A stretch of 64,000 bases of DNA from Patescibacteria group bacterium (GCA_028687275.1 JAQUAK010000001.1:356213-420212); one strand, 5' to 3'. Shown: positions 35,744 through 46,604, counted from the stretch's first letter. The notes: generated from the letters alone by a model not told the origin. Made by a program: numbers and translations.

Positions 35744-36844
35744 ATGGGAGGGAGGAGTAAAAATTATTTTACTAAAAAAGGAAAGGCGATTTTAATCGCC
35801 TCCTTTTTTGTATTATCAATTTCTATCTTAGGTCTATATTATTTTGTTTATGTGCCTGACTGGTCTTGGTTAAGAATTTTTTCACATATTCAAGAAAGTG
35901 AGGTTAATTCAGTCACCTCAACTGAAGAAATAATTTCTGATCTTCCTGCTGATGATATCTGTGACAGCTGTGTGCGTCGCTGGCTAGATGGAATACCAGT
36001 GCCAGCTGCAGAGGCTAATGTTTTTCCAGTGGCAGTTATGATTGATAATGATGTTTTAGCTCGTCCGCAGACAGGGCTATCTAAAGCCTCTTTAGTCTAT
36101 GAAGCACCGGTTGAAGGTGGCATGACTAGATATCTTGCTATATTCTCTGATAAGAGTGAGGTGGCGGCCATTGGACCAGTTAGGAGTGCTCGCCCCTATT
36201 TTGTTGCACTAGCGGCTGATTTAGAGGCTCTTTATCTTCATTGCGGTGGTAGCCCTGAAGCTTTAGATGATATCAAAAAGGCAAGTGTTTATGGTTTAAA
36301 TGAGTTTTATAATAGTAGCTATTTTTGGCGCGTTACTAATGGCACGCGAGAAGCTCCACATAATATTCTAACTAGTAGCGAGAGCTGGCAGACTTATTTA
36401 GCGACTCATGATTTTGATATTAATGAACCTGAGGCTTGGCAGTTTAAAAGCGAGGGCGAACATCTGTCAACGGCGGCTGATTTAAGTATTTATTTTAGCT
36501 CAAATTTTAGAGCTCTTTGGCGTTACGATGCTGAGCCTAATGAGTATTTACGTTATTTTAATGGTCTGGTTGGTCGTGATGATGATGGGGAAATTAGAGC
36601 CAAGAATATCATTGTTCAGTATGTAGAAAGTGAAGTTTTAGATCAGGCTGGACGTTTAAGAATTTCCTTAACTGGTAGTGGCGAGGCCTTGTTTTGCGCG
36701 GATGGCGAGTGTCAGTCTACTACTTGGATTAAAAAATTAGGCGCTAGAACAAAATATTATTTTATTAATGGGGAGGAGATAAAATTAAATCCAGGAGTTA
36801 CCTGGATTGAATTAGCTGATCAGAATACAAAGGTCTCCTATTAG
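35744..36844 (+). CDS. DUF3048-family secreted protein
   Basis: N-terminal TM anchor. VAVMIDNDVLARPQTGLSKASLVYEAPVEGGMTRYLAIF is the hallmark DUF3048 N-domain motif. Confidence 0.75.
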   Translation: MGGRSKNYFTKKGKAILIASFFVLSISILGLYYFVYVPDWSWLRIFSHIQESEVNSVTSTEEIISDLPADDICDSCVRRWLDGIPVPAAEANVFPVAVMIDNDVLARPQTGLSKASLVYEAPVEGGMTRYLAIFSDKSEVAAIGPVRSARPYFVALAADLEALYLHCGGSPEALDDIKKASVYGLNEFYNSSYFWRVTNGTREAPHNILTSSESWQTYLATHDFDINEPEAWQFKSEGEHLSTAADLSIYFSSNFRALWRYDAEPNEYLRYFNGLVGRDDDGEIRAKNIIVQYVESEVLDQAGRLRISLTGSGEALFCADGECQSTTWIKKLGARTKYYFINGEEIKLNPGVTWIELADQNTKVSY

Positions 36845-37713
36845 TTGCGCCTATTATTAAGTTCAATAAATCTCGTCTGACCGTTTAGATCAGGCGTTTT
36901 TTTAATATTTATGTCACTTAAATTATTAGCGCTTGCTTGTATTAATTTTTCTGCCTGCCAGGGATTAATTTCCATTACCAAATGAAAATTAAATTCATCT
37001 TGATACTTTTTTAGTTGTTGCAATAATTCAAGATAAAGCTCTAAACCGTCTTTACCGCCCAAAAGAGCAAGGTCGGGTTCAGCTTTAATGCTATTTTCTC
37101 CTTCTCTTTCTTCCTTGGTTAGATAGGGAAGATTAGCGGCAATAAATAGATACCTAATATTATGCCGCCTGATTAAATCTATAAACGGAGTAAATAAATT
37201 ACCAGCAAGAAAGTTAATTCTATTATCTAACCCATAAGCCTGAGCGTTGATTTTTGCTTGCTTAATAGCATCGGTAGATATGTCTCCGGCCATAAATGCA
37301 CAATTTTTAAATGCAATTTGGTCTTTTTTCTGTAACTCAGAGGCAATGCTTGTAATAAGAGCTCCGGAGCCAGTGCCAATATCTAGGCAAGCAGCTTTTT
37401 CTTGGCTTTTAACTATGGATTCTATAGCTATATCAACTATTAATTCAGTTTCAGGACGAGGAATAAGAACCTTGGGTGATACTTTAAAATTATAGTTATA
37501 GAAAGCTTGTTCGCTAGTAATATAGGCCAAAGGCGTACCCGTTAATAAAAGTTCGTAGGCTTGTTTAAAAAGTACTTCCTCTTGATCGTTTAATTCGTAT
37601 TCACTATGGCTCAGTAGCCAGCTAAGATCGCGCTTGCATACAAAAACCAGAAGACTTTTAATCTCCCGGCTATATTTTTTACTTAAATTAAAATTAGATT
37701 CTAGGGTAGACAT
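36841..37713 (-). CDS. prmC: Release-factor glutamine N5-methyltransferase PrmC/HemK
   Basis: IPRPETE, DIGTGSGA SAM motif, ANLPY (NPPY-type) motif. ATG 37713 lies 1 nt after the prfA stop (the track ORF extends to 37758). Confidence 0.85.
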   Translation of the reverse strand: MSTLESNFNLSKKYSREIKSLLVFVCKRDLSWLLSHSEYELNDQEEVLFKQAYELLLTGTPLAYITSEQAFYNYNFKVSPKVLIPRPETELIVDIAIESIVKSQEKAACLDIGTGSGALITSIASELQKKDQIAFKNCAFMAGDISTDAIKQAKINAQAYGLDNRINFLAGNLFTPFIDLIRRHNIRYLFIAANLPYLTKEEREGENSIKAEPDLALLGGKDGLELYLELLQQLKKYQDEFNFHLVMEINPWQAEKLIQASANNLSDINIKKTPDLNGQTRFIELNNRRN

Positions 37714-37714
37714 A

Positions 37715-38752
37715 TTAAGAACGTAAAGCTTTCTTAACTGCTTTAATAACATCCTCAATGTCGCCGTCTAAAACTGAATTTAGGCCATGCCAAGACTGTC
37801 CAATGCGATGATCTGTTAAACGGTCTTGAGGAAAGTTATAAGTTCTAATCTTATCACTACGATCACCAGCGCCAACCTGATCTTTACGAGCACTGGATTC
37901 AGAGGCCTGTCTTTCTTCCTCTTGTTTAGCCAAGAGTCGTGAACGTAAAACTTGTAGAGCTTTTTCTCTATTTTGATGTTGTGATTTCTGATCTTGGCAG
38001 CTAACGATAATGCCGGTAGGAATATGAAGAATACGAATAGCTGAATAAGTAGTGTTAACGCTTTGTCCGCCCGGCCCACTGGAACAGAAAGTATCAATAC
38101 GAATATCAGCCATATTTAAAGAAACATCAACTTCTTCTGCTTCGGGTAAGACTACGACAGTGGCAGTTGAGGTGTGAATTCGTCCTTGTTTCTCTGTTTC
38201 CGGCACACGTTGTACACGATGAGTACCAGCTTCATATTTTAAATTGCCAAAGCCACCAAGCCCTTTAATGGTAAAGATAACTTCTTTAAAGCCGCCGGTG
38301 CCGATTACACTTGAGGAAATCATTTCTGTTTTCCAGCCACGTCTTTCGCAAAAGCGTACATACATACGAAATAAATCACCAGCAAAAAGAGCCGCTTCAT
38401 CGCCACCAGTTCCAGCTCTTATTTCAATAATGGCATTTTTATGATCATTTGGACCTTGAGGATGGCGTTCTTCTTCAATTTCAGTGCTAACTTTTATTAA
38501 CTGTTCTTCAAGATTTAATAAATCTTCTTCGGCCATGCTTTTTAGCTCAGCATCATTTTCTTGATTCAGTAGTTCTTTATTATCAGCAATCTCTTTGTTG
38601 AGTCTTTCTTCTTCATTGATTAAACCAATAAGATTTTTCATAGCTGCATGCTTTTGGGAAATCTTAATCATCTCCTGAGGATCGCTCATGAGTTTAGGGT
38701 CGGATAATTTTTTTTCAATTTCGGCGAATTGATTCTTTATTTCTTGATACAT
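37715..38752 (-). CDS. prfA: Peptide chain release factor 1
   Basis: RVQRVPETE (PxT tripeptide of RF1), GPGGQSVNTT GGQ motif. The start at MYQEIKNQFAEIEKKL is preferred over the track start at 38785. Confidence 0.95.
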   Translation of the reverse strand: MYQEIKNQFAEIEKKLSDPKLMSDPQEMIKISQKHAAMKNLIGLINEEERLNKEIADNKELLNQENDAELKSMAEEDLLNLEEQLIKVSTEIEEERHPQGPNDHKNAIIEIRAGTGGDEAALFAGDLFRMYVRFCERRGWKTEMISSSVIGTGGFKEVIFTIKGLGGFGNLKYEAGTHRVQRVPETEKQGRIHTSTATVVVLPEAEEVDVSLNMADIRIDTFCSSGPGGQSVNTTYSAIRILHIPTGIIVSCQDQKSQHQNREKALQVLRSRLLAKQEEERQASESSARKDQVGAGDRSDKIRTYNFPQDRLTDHRIGQSWHGLNSVLDGDIEDVIKAVKKALRS

Positions 38753-38850
38753 ATAGCTATGGCTTAAAAAAATAATTAACTCCATTGATTGATTATTCGT
38801 TATCAGTAAAACTGAATAATCTGGAGTTAATTATTTTTAAGTCAAAATAT

Positions 38851-39180
38851 TTATTTTTTGGTGCCGAGGCTAACCTGGGCAATCTTTTTGATGTCCTTAG
38901 TCTTAACAACCACTTCCTTTTTGCTCTTAGCCTTAGCTCGGGCCGCTTTCTTAACTTTCTTGCCAGTAGTTACATCAGTCTTTGCATCTAATTTAGCTTG
39001 GAATTTCTCAACTCTACCACCAGTATCAATAAACTTCTGTTTACCAGTATAGAAAGGGTGACAAGCTGAGCAAAGCTCAACCTTAATCTCGGAGGCAGTT
39101 GAACCTGTTTTAAAAGTATTGCCACAGACGCAAGTTACTTGGCAGTCAGTATTGTATTTTGGGTGAATGTCTTTTTTCAT
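38851..39180 (-). CDS. rpmE: Ribosomal protein L31 (Zn-ribbon type) with ~40-aa Lys-rich C-terminal extension
   Basis: MKKDIHPKY...CVCGN...[24 protein letters not shown], then [37 protein letters not shown]... Confidence 0.92.
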   Translation of the reverse strand: MKKDIHPKYNTDCQVTCVCGNTFKTGSTASEIKVELCSACHPFYTGKQKFIDTGGRVEKFQAKLDAKTDVTTGKKVKKAARAKAKSKKEVVVKTKDIKKIAQVSLGTKK

Positions 39181-39354
39181 ATAAATTTTAATTGAGGCTG
39201 GAAGGGCCCGTATAAATTGTTTCTTTTTTGTAGTAAAGGTACAGAAAAAGAAAGCTATTTTTAGTCTTCGCTGCTAGGATAATATCATAACTTTTAAAAA
39301 TAATCAATACCTGATATAATTATCACATCAATTAGGATTTCAGCTCAAATATTT

Positions 39355-40785
39355 ATGAATAAAGTCGCTAATATTGCTAAAAATACCTCCTATTTAACAC
39401 TTGCTTTAGTTATTCAGAAAGTCATTTCCTTTTCTTATTTTATTATTTTAGCAAGGTTTTTGGGTCTAGAATCTCTAGGGCAGTATTATACTGCCATTTC
39501 TTTTACCACTATCTTTTCTATCTTTATTGATTTTGGTTTTGCTAATGTGCTAACTAGAGAAGTGGCTAAAAATCAAGAAAAAGCTTCCGATTGGTTACGT
39601 AATGTATTGGGTATTAAACTAATTCTAAGCGTCGCCACTATAGTAGTGGCTTTAGCAGTGGCTTATTTTGCCTATGATTCTAAGTTATTGCTCTTAATTG
39701 CTGTCTCTTGCCTATCAATGTTCTTTGATTCTTTTACAACTACTTTCTTTTCAGTAGTTCGGGGTTTTCATAATTTAAAATTTGAAAGTCTAGCTTCTAT
39801 TATTTTTCAAGTAATTGTTTTAGTGCTTGGTTATGCTTTATTAAAAGCGGGCTGGCCTTTAGTTTTTTTACTGTTAGCTATTGTTATTGCCAGTTTGTTT
39901 AATTTTTTATACTCAGCGACGATTGTAAAAAAGTATTTACATTTAAAGATTAAACCACAACTAAATATCGAGAAGATAAAATTGATTTTTAATATTAGCT
40001 GGCCCTTTGCTTTGTATCAGATTTTTCAACGCTTATTTACTTATCTTGACACTCTACTACTAGGTTTTATCGCTGGCTATGGACAAGTTGGTCTTTACCA
40101 AATTGCTTTTAAGATTATTTTTGCTTTACAATTTTTACCAATGGCCTTTAATGCCTCTCTTTATCCGGCCATGAGTGCCTATTGGCAAAGTAATCGTGAA
40201 CAATTAAGAGTGACCTTTGAAAGAGCTATTAATTATTTATTAATTATTTCTTTGCCTATAATTTTTGGAGTCTTTGCGCTGGCCGATAAGATTGTGCCTT
40301 TATTTAAGGCTGGACCGGAGGCTATTTGGCCTTTACGCATTTCTATCTTAGCCTTATTATTTATTTTCTTAAATTTTCCAGTTGGGGCATTACTTAATGC
40401 GTGTGATCGTCAAAAACGCAACACTGCCAATATGGCGGCTGTTACTTTTATTAGTTTAGGTCTTAATTTATTCTTTATACCTAATTTTCAAGCCCTAGGC
40501 GCCAGTATAACCGTTTTAATAAGTAATTTTCTCATGTTAGTGCTTGGTCTATTTGCGATGCGTGGTTTAATTGTTTACCGTCCGGCCAAAAATGCACGTA
40601 CTTTAGTTTCTGCTTTTATTTCCGCTCTGCTTATGGCTTTAATTATATTTTTTGCTAAACAATATTTACAGGTATTTATTGCTGTTTTAATGGGTGGCCT
40701 AGTTTATTTCGGGGCACTCTTAATACTGGGCGGCATTAGAAAGGCAGACATCAGTAGTATTATTACTTCTTTTCGTCGCTCTTAA
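39355..40785 (+). CDS. Wzx-like polysaccharide flippase (MOP superfamily)
   Basis: 476 aa, about 14 TM, N-terminal IAKNTSYLTLALVIQKVISFSYFIILARFLG pattern typical of polysaccharide biosynthesis proteins. Confidence 0.8.
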   Translation: MNKVANIAKNTSYLTLALVIQKVISFSYFIILARFLGLESLGQYYTAISFTTIFSIFIDFGFANVLTREVAKNQEKASDWLRNVLGIKLILSVATIVVALAVAYFAYDSKLLLLIAVSCLSMFFDSFTTTFFSVVRGFHNLKFESLASIIFQVIVLVLGYALLKAGWPLVFLLLAIVIASLFNFLYSATIVKKYLHLKIKPQLNIEKIKLIFNISWPFALYQIFQRLFTYLDTLLLGFIAGYGQVGLYQIAFKIIFALQFLPMAFNASLYPAMSAYWQSNREQLRVTFERAINYLLIISLPIIFGVFALADKIVPLFKAGPEAIWPLRISILALLFIFLNFPVGALLNACDRQKRNTANMAAVTFISLGLNLFFIPNFQALGASITVLISNFLMLVLGLFAMRGLIVYRPAKNARTLVSAFISALLMALIIFFAKQYLQVFIAVLMGGLVYFGALLILGGIRKADISSIITSFRRS

Positions 40786-40788
40786 ATT

Positions 40789-41868
40789 ATGAAATTATTA
40801 CTTTGCACACTTGAATATCCACCACAAATAGGTGGTGTAGCTAATTACTACTCCGAATTAATTGAGGCCTGGCCAGAAACTGACACTTGGACAGTTTTAG
40901 ATAATAGTCAAAGAAAGCTATTGTCTAAATCTAAATTTTTTCCTTGGCTATCTTCAGTCTTATCTTTAATCAAGGAATATCGTCGTCATAATTATGATTT
41001 AATTTTTATTGGACAGGTATTACCACTTGGTACGGCAGCTTTAATTTCTCAGTTTTTTACCGGGTTTAAATACGGTCTTTTTTTTCATGGCATGGATTTT
41101 ACTTTTGCTTTGAAATCTAGCCGCAAGCGTTGGCTTCTACGTTTAATTTTAAAGAAAGCTAAAATAATTGTTTGTGCTAATTCCTATGTGGAAAAATTAT
41201 TAATTGAATTTGCGCCGAAGGTGGCTGATAAGACTAAGTTAATTAATCCTGGAGTAAAAAAGGGTTTAGTGGATGAAGAAGTTAAGCAATCTCTAGTTAA
41301 TAAGTATAATCTAACAGGGAAGAAGATTATTTTCTCTATTGGGCGCTTAGTTAAGCGTAAGGGTTTTGATCAGGTAATCAAGGCCTTGGAGGGGACTTCT
41401 TTCGATAATTGGGTTTATATCTTAGCTGGCGATGGGCCGGAATTAGAATCGCTTAGGTCTTTAGCCTTGGCTAGTAAAGTTAAAGATAAGATCATATTTA
41501 TTGGTCGTTTAAATGAAAAAGAAAAGTGGTCATGTTTGTCTTTGTGTGATATATTTATAACGACATCGCGTGATTTAGATGGTGACTTTGAAGGTTTCGG
41601 GATTGTTTATTTAGAAGCGGCTCTGATGTCAAAACCGGTTATTGCTGGTTTAAGCGGTGGTGTCTCTGATGCAGTTATTAATAATGAGTGCGGATTATTA
41701 GTAGATTCAGAAAGTATCCCTGCAATTGAAGAAGCTCTAAGTAAATTGTTAAAAGACGAAGACTTGGCCCGAACTCTAGGCGAATATGCTTGTCAGCGAG
41801 CAAAAACAAATTTTAATTGGAAACAACAATCCGAAAACTTATCTAAATTTTTAAAATCATTTAATTAA
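40789..41868 (+). CDS. Glycosyltransferase family 4
   Basis: MKLLLCTLEYPPQIGGVANY. C-terminal FEGFGIVYLEAALMSKPVIAGLSGGVSDAV. Confidence 0.85.
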   Translation: MKLLLCTLEYPPQIGGVANYYSELIEAWPETDTWTVLDNSQRKLLSKSKFFPWLSSVLSLIKEYRRHNYDLIFIGQVLPLGTAALISQFFTGFKYGLFFHGMDFTFALKSSRKRWLLRLILKKAKIIVCANSYVEKLLIEFAPKVADKTKLINPGVKKGLVDEEVKQSLVNKYNLTGKKIIFSIGRLVKRKGFDQVIKALEGTSFDNWVYILAGDGPELESLRSLALASKVKDKIIFIGRLNEKEKWSCLSLCDIFITTSRDLDGDFEGFGIVYLEAALMSKPVIAGLSGGVSDAVINNECGLLVDSESIPAIEEALSKLLKDEDLARTLGEYACQRAKTNFNWKQQSENLSKFLKSFN

Positions 41869-41891
41869 TTAGCAAATATTTTATATATCCT

Positions 41892-42593
41892 ATGATTTCT
41901 ATAATTATTCCTGTTTATAATCAAGCACAGAAACTAGCTAAAACTTTACAAAGTATTGCGAATCAAACTTTCTCGGATTGGGAATTAATTGTTGTTAACG
42001 ACGGCTCCAATGATAATCCAGAACAAGTGTTCACTGACTTTGTTGCTAAAACTAAATTAGAGAATCGTTTTATTTTTCTTAATCAAGTAAATCGAGGAGC
42101 ACCATCAGCTCGCAATCATGGTTGGAGAAAATCGCAAGGCGATTTTTTATTTTTTTGTGATGCCGATGCGGTCTTAAGACCCGAGGCACTTGCATTACTG
42201 TTTAATACTTTAAAGCAGAATTCTGAAGCTAGCTACGCCTACCCCTCCTTTAATTGGGGCAGAAAACTGTTTAAAGTCGGAGCCTTTAGTGCTGAAAAAT
42301 TAAAAAAAGGACCATATATTCACACTATGGCTTTGATTAGAAGGGAAGATTTTCCGGTAAATGGTTGGGATGAAAGTATTAAGAAGTTTCAGGATTGGGA
42401 TTTATGGTTAACAATGTTAGCCTCTTCAAAGAATGGGGTTTGGGTTGATAAAATATTATTTACTGTTGCTCCTGGTGGCACTATTAGCTCTTGGTTGCCT
42501 TCATTTGCTTATAAGTTGATGCCTTTTTTGGCCAGCGTTAAAAAATATAAAATAGCTAAGGAAATAATCGTCAAAAAACATGATCTTAAATAA
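41892..42593 (+). CDS. Glycosyltransferase family 2
   Basis: ISIIIPVYNQAQKLAKTLQSIANQTFSDWELIVVNDGSND and FCDADA (DxD). Confidence 0.85.
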   Translation: MISIIIPVYNQAQKLAKTLQSIANQTFSDWELIVVNDGSNDNPEQVFTDFVAKTKLENRFIFLNQVNRGAPSARNHGWRKSQGDFLFFCDADAVLRPEALALLFNTLKQNSEASYAYPSFNWGRKLFKVGAFSAEKLKKGPYIHTMALIRREDFPVNGWDESIKKFQDWDLWLTMLASSKNGVWVDKILFTVAPGGTISSWLPSFAYKLMPFLASVKKYKIAKEIIVKKHDLK

Positions 42594-43053
42594 GAAATTT
42601 TTAAAATACTGGCATCAGTACTGGCACTTAGGCTTATTGATAATTATTACTTCTATCATTGCATTAGCATATGTGAGTTGGCATTTAAATGCTTATAAAT
42701 CAGTTTCTATTCAAGCCGGAACTTGTAGTTTTATAGTTGATTTAGCTGATACGCCTGATAAGCAGTATCAAGGCTTATCTGATCGCCAGGAATTGGAGTT
42801 TAACCAAGGTATGCTTTTCGTTTTTAATGAAGTTAAGGATAAAACTTTTGTTATGCGAAATATGAATTTTCCGATTGATATTATATTTATACGTAATCAC
42901 AAAATTATTAATCTTTATCATGACTTAGTGCCAGAAGGGGGTCAGCCAAGAAGTACTTATCATAGCGGTGCTCCGGTTGATGCAGTTTTAGAAATCCCAG
43001 CTGGCCAAAGTCGTCGTTGTAATATTGGCGTCGGCACAGAAGTTATTTGGTAA
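42580..43053 (+). CDS. DUF192-family protein
   Basis: GLSDRQELEFNQGMLFVF...FVMRNMNFPIDIIFI...AVLEIPAG pattern of DUF192/COG1430. Confidence 0.75.
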   Translation: MILNKKFLKYWHQYWHLGLLIIITSIIALAYVSWHLNAYKSVSIQAGTCSFIVDLADTPDKQYQGLSDRQELEFNQGMLFVFNEVKDKTFVMRNMNFPIDIIFIRNHKIINLYHDLVPEGGQPRSTYHSGAPVDAVLEIPAGQSRRCNIGVGTEVIW

Positions 43054-43056
43054 TTT

Positions 43057-44532
43057 ATGAAATTATTTAAGCCACGTTATCCATATTTATTTGCCTTAAG
43101 CCTAATTATCTTAGTTGAGTTACTATCTTTTTTGGCTTATTTTTATCCTGGCATCCAATTGTATCTGCTAGCCTTATCTTTGCTGGCTGTTTTTATATTA
43201 TCTCTTTACTCTTTAGAGGCCGGTCTATTGCTCGCTTTAATTGAGTTAGTGGTTGGCTCTAAAGGGCATCTTTTTTCAGCGGAAATTTTTGCTTTTCCCG
43301 TGTCTTTACGCCTGATGATTTGGTCAGCTTTACTCTTAGCTAGTTTAGTTTATTTTTACCGCCAGGGTTTTATTAATACTTGGCATAAAAAAATTAAAGT
43401 CTATGAATTTTGGCCTTGGCTAGGTGCCTTGGTAATTTTTATTGCTTTTGCTGTATTGCGAGGTTTATTGTTTTCACCTTCCTGGTCTTTAGTTTTAGCC
43501 GATGTTAATGCCTGGCTTTACTTAGCTTTGATTATTCCTTTACTACTAGCTTATAATCCCGGAGACAGGAATCAGGCATCTAGACTAAAGAAGTATTTTT
43601 TATTAGCAGTCTTGTGGCTAAGTTTTAAAACTTTATTTTTATTGTTTGTTTTTTCACACAACCTCGTTATTATGCCTGATCTTTATTTATGGGTGAGGCG
43701 TAGTGGTATTGGTGAGATAACAGCAATGGGCGGTGGTTGGTTTCGCATATTTATACAATCACAAATTTATTTACCAATCGCTTTATTTTTAGTTTTATTT
43801 CCAGCCGTGAAAGCAAAAATTGGCAGCCGTGCTCAATTATTTCGCTTAGTTTTTTTGCTGGCTATATTTTTAGCAGTGATAGTAATTAGTATGTCACGTA
43901 GTTTTTGGTTAGCTTTAGGGGTATCCGGCTTAATTGCTGCAGTTGTCAGTTGGCGTCTAGCCTGGTCTTTATATTTTAAAGCTTTAGCCTACATCTTGGT
44001 TTCAGCACTGATGGCAATGCTTATAATTTTTGTTGTTATTAAGTTTCCTTTACCGGGCAATAACTATGATGTTCGCTTTACAGCCTTATCAGAGAGATTA
44101 GAGGTTAATACCGATGAAGCAGCCCTAGCTTCACGTTGGTCATTGTTGCCTAACTTGTGGCAAGCTATTAAGAAGGACCCTATTTTAGGGCAAGGCTTTG
44201 GGGCTAGTGTGAGTTATTATTCTCAGGACCCAAGGGTGTTGGCAAATAATCCTGATGGTTGGTATACAACCTATGCTTTTGAGTGGGCTTATTTAGATAC
44301 TTGGCTAAAGATTGGTATTTTAGGGACCCTGGCTTTTGTTAGTTGGCTTATTTACCTAATAATAGCTTTGTGGCAATATTCGCGTAGTCAAAAATCCGAG
44401 CTTTACTTTGCCCTAGCGGCGTCTTTGCTTTTTCTAATGATTGTTAATATCTTTACCCCTTATTTGAATCATCCTTTAGGCCTAGGCTTTCTATTGTTTT
44501 CTTCTTGTTTTTTTAGAAAAAATTCATTATAA
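43057..44532 (+). CDS. O-antigen ligase-like polytopic membrane protein
   Basis: 491 aa, at least 10 TM, a central SMSRSFWLALGVSG segment and a large external loop, as in Wzy_C proteins. Confidence 0.65.
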   Translation: MKLFKPRYPYLFALSLIILVELLSFLAYFYPGIQLYLLALSLLAVFILSLYSLEAGLLLALIELVVGSKGHLFSAEIFAFPVSLRLMIWSALLLASLVYFYRQGFINTWHKKIKVYEFWPWLGALVIFIAFAVLRGLLFSPSWSLVLADVNAWLYLALIIPLLLAYNPGDRNQASRLKKYFLLAVLWLSFKTLFLLFVFSHNLVIMPDLYLWVRRSGIGEITAMGGGWFRIFIQSQIYLPIALFLVLFPAVKAKIGSRAQLFRLVFLLAIFLAVIVISMSRSFWLALGVSGLIAAVVSWRLAWSLYFKALAYILVSALMAMLIIFVVIKFPLPGNNYDVRFTALSERLEVNTDEAALASRWSLLPNLWQAIKKDPILGQGFGASVSYYSQDPRVLANNPDGWYTTYAFEWAYLDTWLKIGILGTLAFVSWLIYLIIALWQYSRSQKSELYFALAASLLFLMIVNIFTPYLNHPLGLGFLLFSSCFFRKNSL

Positions 44533-44595
44533 TACTTAAAATTGCCATATCGCCTCTTAATTTAATCGGCGTTGGCTTAATTAATTTAAATATTT

Positions 44596-45054
44596 ATGTC
44601 AGACCAAATTATCACTCAAGAAGGCTATAATAAATTAGAAGATGAATTGCATAATCTAAGTACTATCAAAAGAAGAGAAATAGCAGAAAGAATTGAAAGG
44701 GCTAAAGACTTGGGTGATTTAAGTGAGAACGCTGAATATAGTGAAGCTAAAGACGCCCAGGCTCTAAATGAGGGTCGTATCTTGGAGCTTACTAATATTT
44801 TAAAGAATGTAGTTGTGGTTAACGGCAAGGGCGGCAGTGACGAGGTGGCAATGGGCTCTGAGGTTACCGTTAAAAGTGATGGTAAAGAAAAAAAGTATAC
44901 TATTGTTAGTTTTAATGAGGCTGACCCTCTAAATGGAAAAATTTCTAATGAATCTCCTTTGGGTGTATCATTTTTAGGAAAGAAAAAGGGGACTAATGTA
45001 AATGTGGAGACGCCAAGAGGTATCGTCGAGTATAAGATTATAAAAATTGATTAA
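44596..45054 (+). CDS. greA: Transcription elongation factor GreA
   Basis: ITQEGYNKLEDELHNL...RAKDLGDLSENAEYSEAKDAQ...SNESPLG. Confidence 0.93.
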   Translation: MSDQIITQEGYNKLEDELHNLSTIKRREIAERIERAKDLGDLSENAEYSEAKDAQALNEGRILELTNILKNVVVVNGKGGSDEVAMGSEVTVKSDGKEKKYTIVSFNEADPLNGKISNESPLGVSFLGKKKGTNVNVETPRGIVEYKIIKID

Positions 45055-45061
45055 TTTGTAT

Positions 45062-46555
45062 ATGTCAGCAGAACAAAAATTGACTTTAGGAAATGAAAAA
45101 GAGGAGCGCTTAAAAAAATTAGCTCTCCTTAAAGAAGCTGGAATTAATCCTTATCCAGCAACAACAAAACGCGACCATGAGGTAGCGCAGTTTTTGTCTG
45201 ACTTTAAAAAATTAAGTGATAAACAAACAGTCGTTACTGTGGCTGGACGTTTAAGAAGTCTACGCAGCCATGGGAACCTCACCTTTGCTAATATAGAAGA
45301 TGCTTCTGGCGTTTTGCAATTAGCTTTTTCTAAGAAAGAATTAGGTGATGAAAGTTACAAAAGATTCGTTAAGTTAATTGATATTAGTGATTTCATTGAA
45401 GTAACAGGCACCGCTTTTGTTACGCACAGAGAGGAAAATAGCCTAATGGCTTCATCTTGGAATATTTTAAGTAAAGCTATCGCTCCTGTTCCAGACGCTT
45501 GGTATGGCTTAAAAGATGAAGATGAGCGTTATCGTCAGCGCTATTTAGACCTACTCTTAAATCCAGAAACTAGAGAAATGTTTATAAAAAAAGCTTTATT
45601 TTGGGAAGTGACGCGCGATTTTATGAAGCGCCATGGTTTTTTTGAAGTCGAAACACCAACTATTGAAACTAGTACCGGTGGCGCCGAGGCCAATCCCTTT
45701 AAAACTCATCATGATGATTTTGACTTGGATGTATTCTTACGCATTTCTGTAGGTGAACTTTGGCAGAAGCGTTTAATGGCAGCTGGTTTTGAAAAAGTTT
45801 TTGAAATTGGAAGGGTATATCGTAATGAAGGATCGAGTCAGGACCATCTACAAGAGTTTACTAACCTAGAATTCTATTGGGCTTATGCTAATTATGATAT
45901 GGGCATGAAATTAGTTCAAGAATTATACCAAGAATTAGCTTTAAAAGTTTTTGCTAAGACTAAATTTAGCACCAAGGGCATGGAATATGATTTAGCTGGA
46001 GATTGGGCTAGGATCGATTATCGAGAGGAAGTTCTTAGTCGTACTGGTATTGATGTATTAAAGTCCACAGAGGCTGAAATGGAGGCTAAATTAGACGAAT
46101 TAGGAGTTAAGTATGAAGGTAGTAACCGTGAACGTTTAACTGACACCTTATGGAAATATTGTCGTCGCACTATTGCTGGCCCAGCCTTTTTAGTTAATCA
46201 TCCAAAGTTGGTTTCGCCATTATCTAAAGCTAAACCAGAAAATACTGATTTGACTGAGCGTTTTCAGATTATTATCGCCGGTAGCGAGGTTGGCAATGGC
46301 TTCTCTGAATTAAATGACCCTCTTGATCAAAGAGAACGTTTTGAATTACAGCAGAAATTAATTGATCGTGGTGATAAAGAGGCAATGATGCCTGATTGGG
46401 AATTTGTAGAGATGCTTGAGCACGGAATGCCACCAACTTGTGGCTTTGGTTTTGGAGAACGTTTATTTGCCTTTATGATGGACAAATCCGTGCGTGAAAC
46501 TACTCTATTCCCATTAATGCGTCCCAAAAAAGAGTCTGAGGGCAATAAAGTCTAG
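45062..46555 (+). CDS. lysS: Lysyl-tRNA synthetase, class II
   Basis: OB-fold N-domain (VTVAGRLRSLRSHGNLTFANIEDASG), FFEVETP motif 2 context, GFGFGERL motif 3. ATG 45062 is preferred over TTG 45047. Confidence 0.95.
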   Translation: MSAEQKLTLGNEKEERLKKLALLKEAGINPYPATTKRDHEVAQFLSDFKKLSDKQTVVTVAGRLRSLRSHGNLTFANIEDASGVLQLAFSKKELGDESYKRFVKLIDISDFIEVTGTAFVTHREENSLMASSWNILSKAIAPVPDAWYGLKDEDERYRQRYLDLLLNPETREMFIKKALFWEVTRDFMKRHGFFEVETPTIETSTGGAEANPFKTHHDDFDLDVFLRISVGELWQKRLMAAGFEKVFEIGRVYRNEGSSQDHLQEFTNLEFYWAYANYDMGMKLVQELYQELALKVFAKTKFSTKGMEYDLAGDWARIDYREEVLSRTGIDVLKSTEAEMEAKLDELGVKYEGSNRERLTDTLWKYCRRTIAGPAFLVNHPKLVSPLSKAKPENTDLTERFQIIIAGSEVGNGFSELNDPLDQRERFELQQKLIDRGDKEAMMPDWEFVEMLEHGMPPTCGFGFGERLFAFMMDKSVRETTLFPLMRPKKESEGNKV

Positions 46556-46604
46556 ACGCTTGCTTAAAGGTATTTATTTGTTATAATAGCAACATCAGTC
46601 TATT

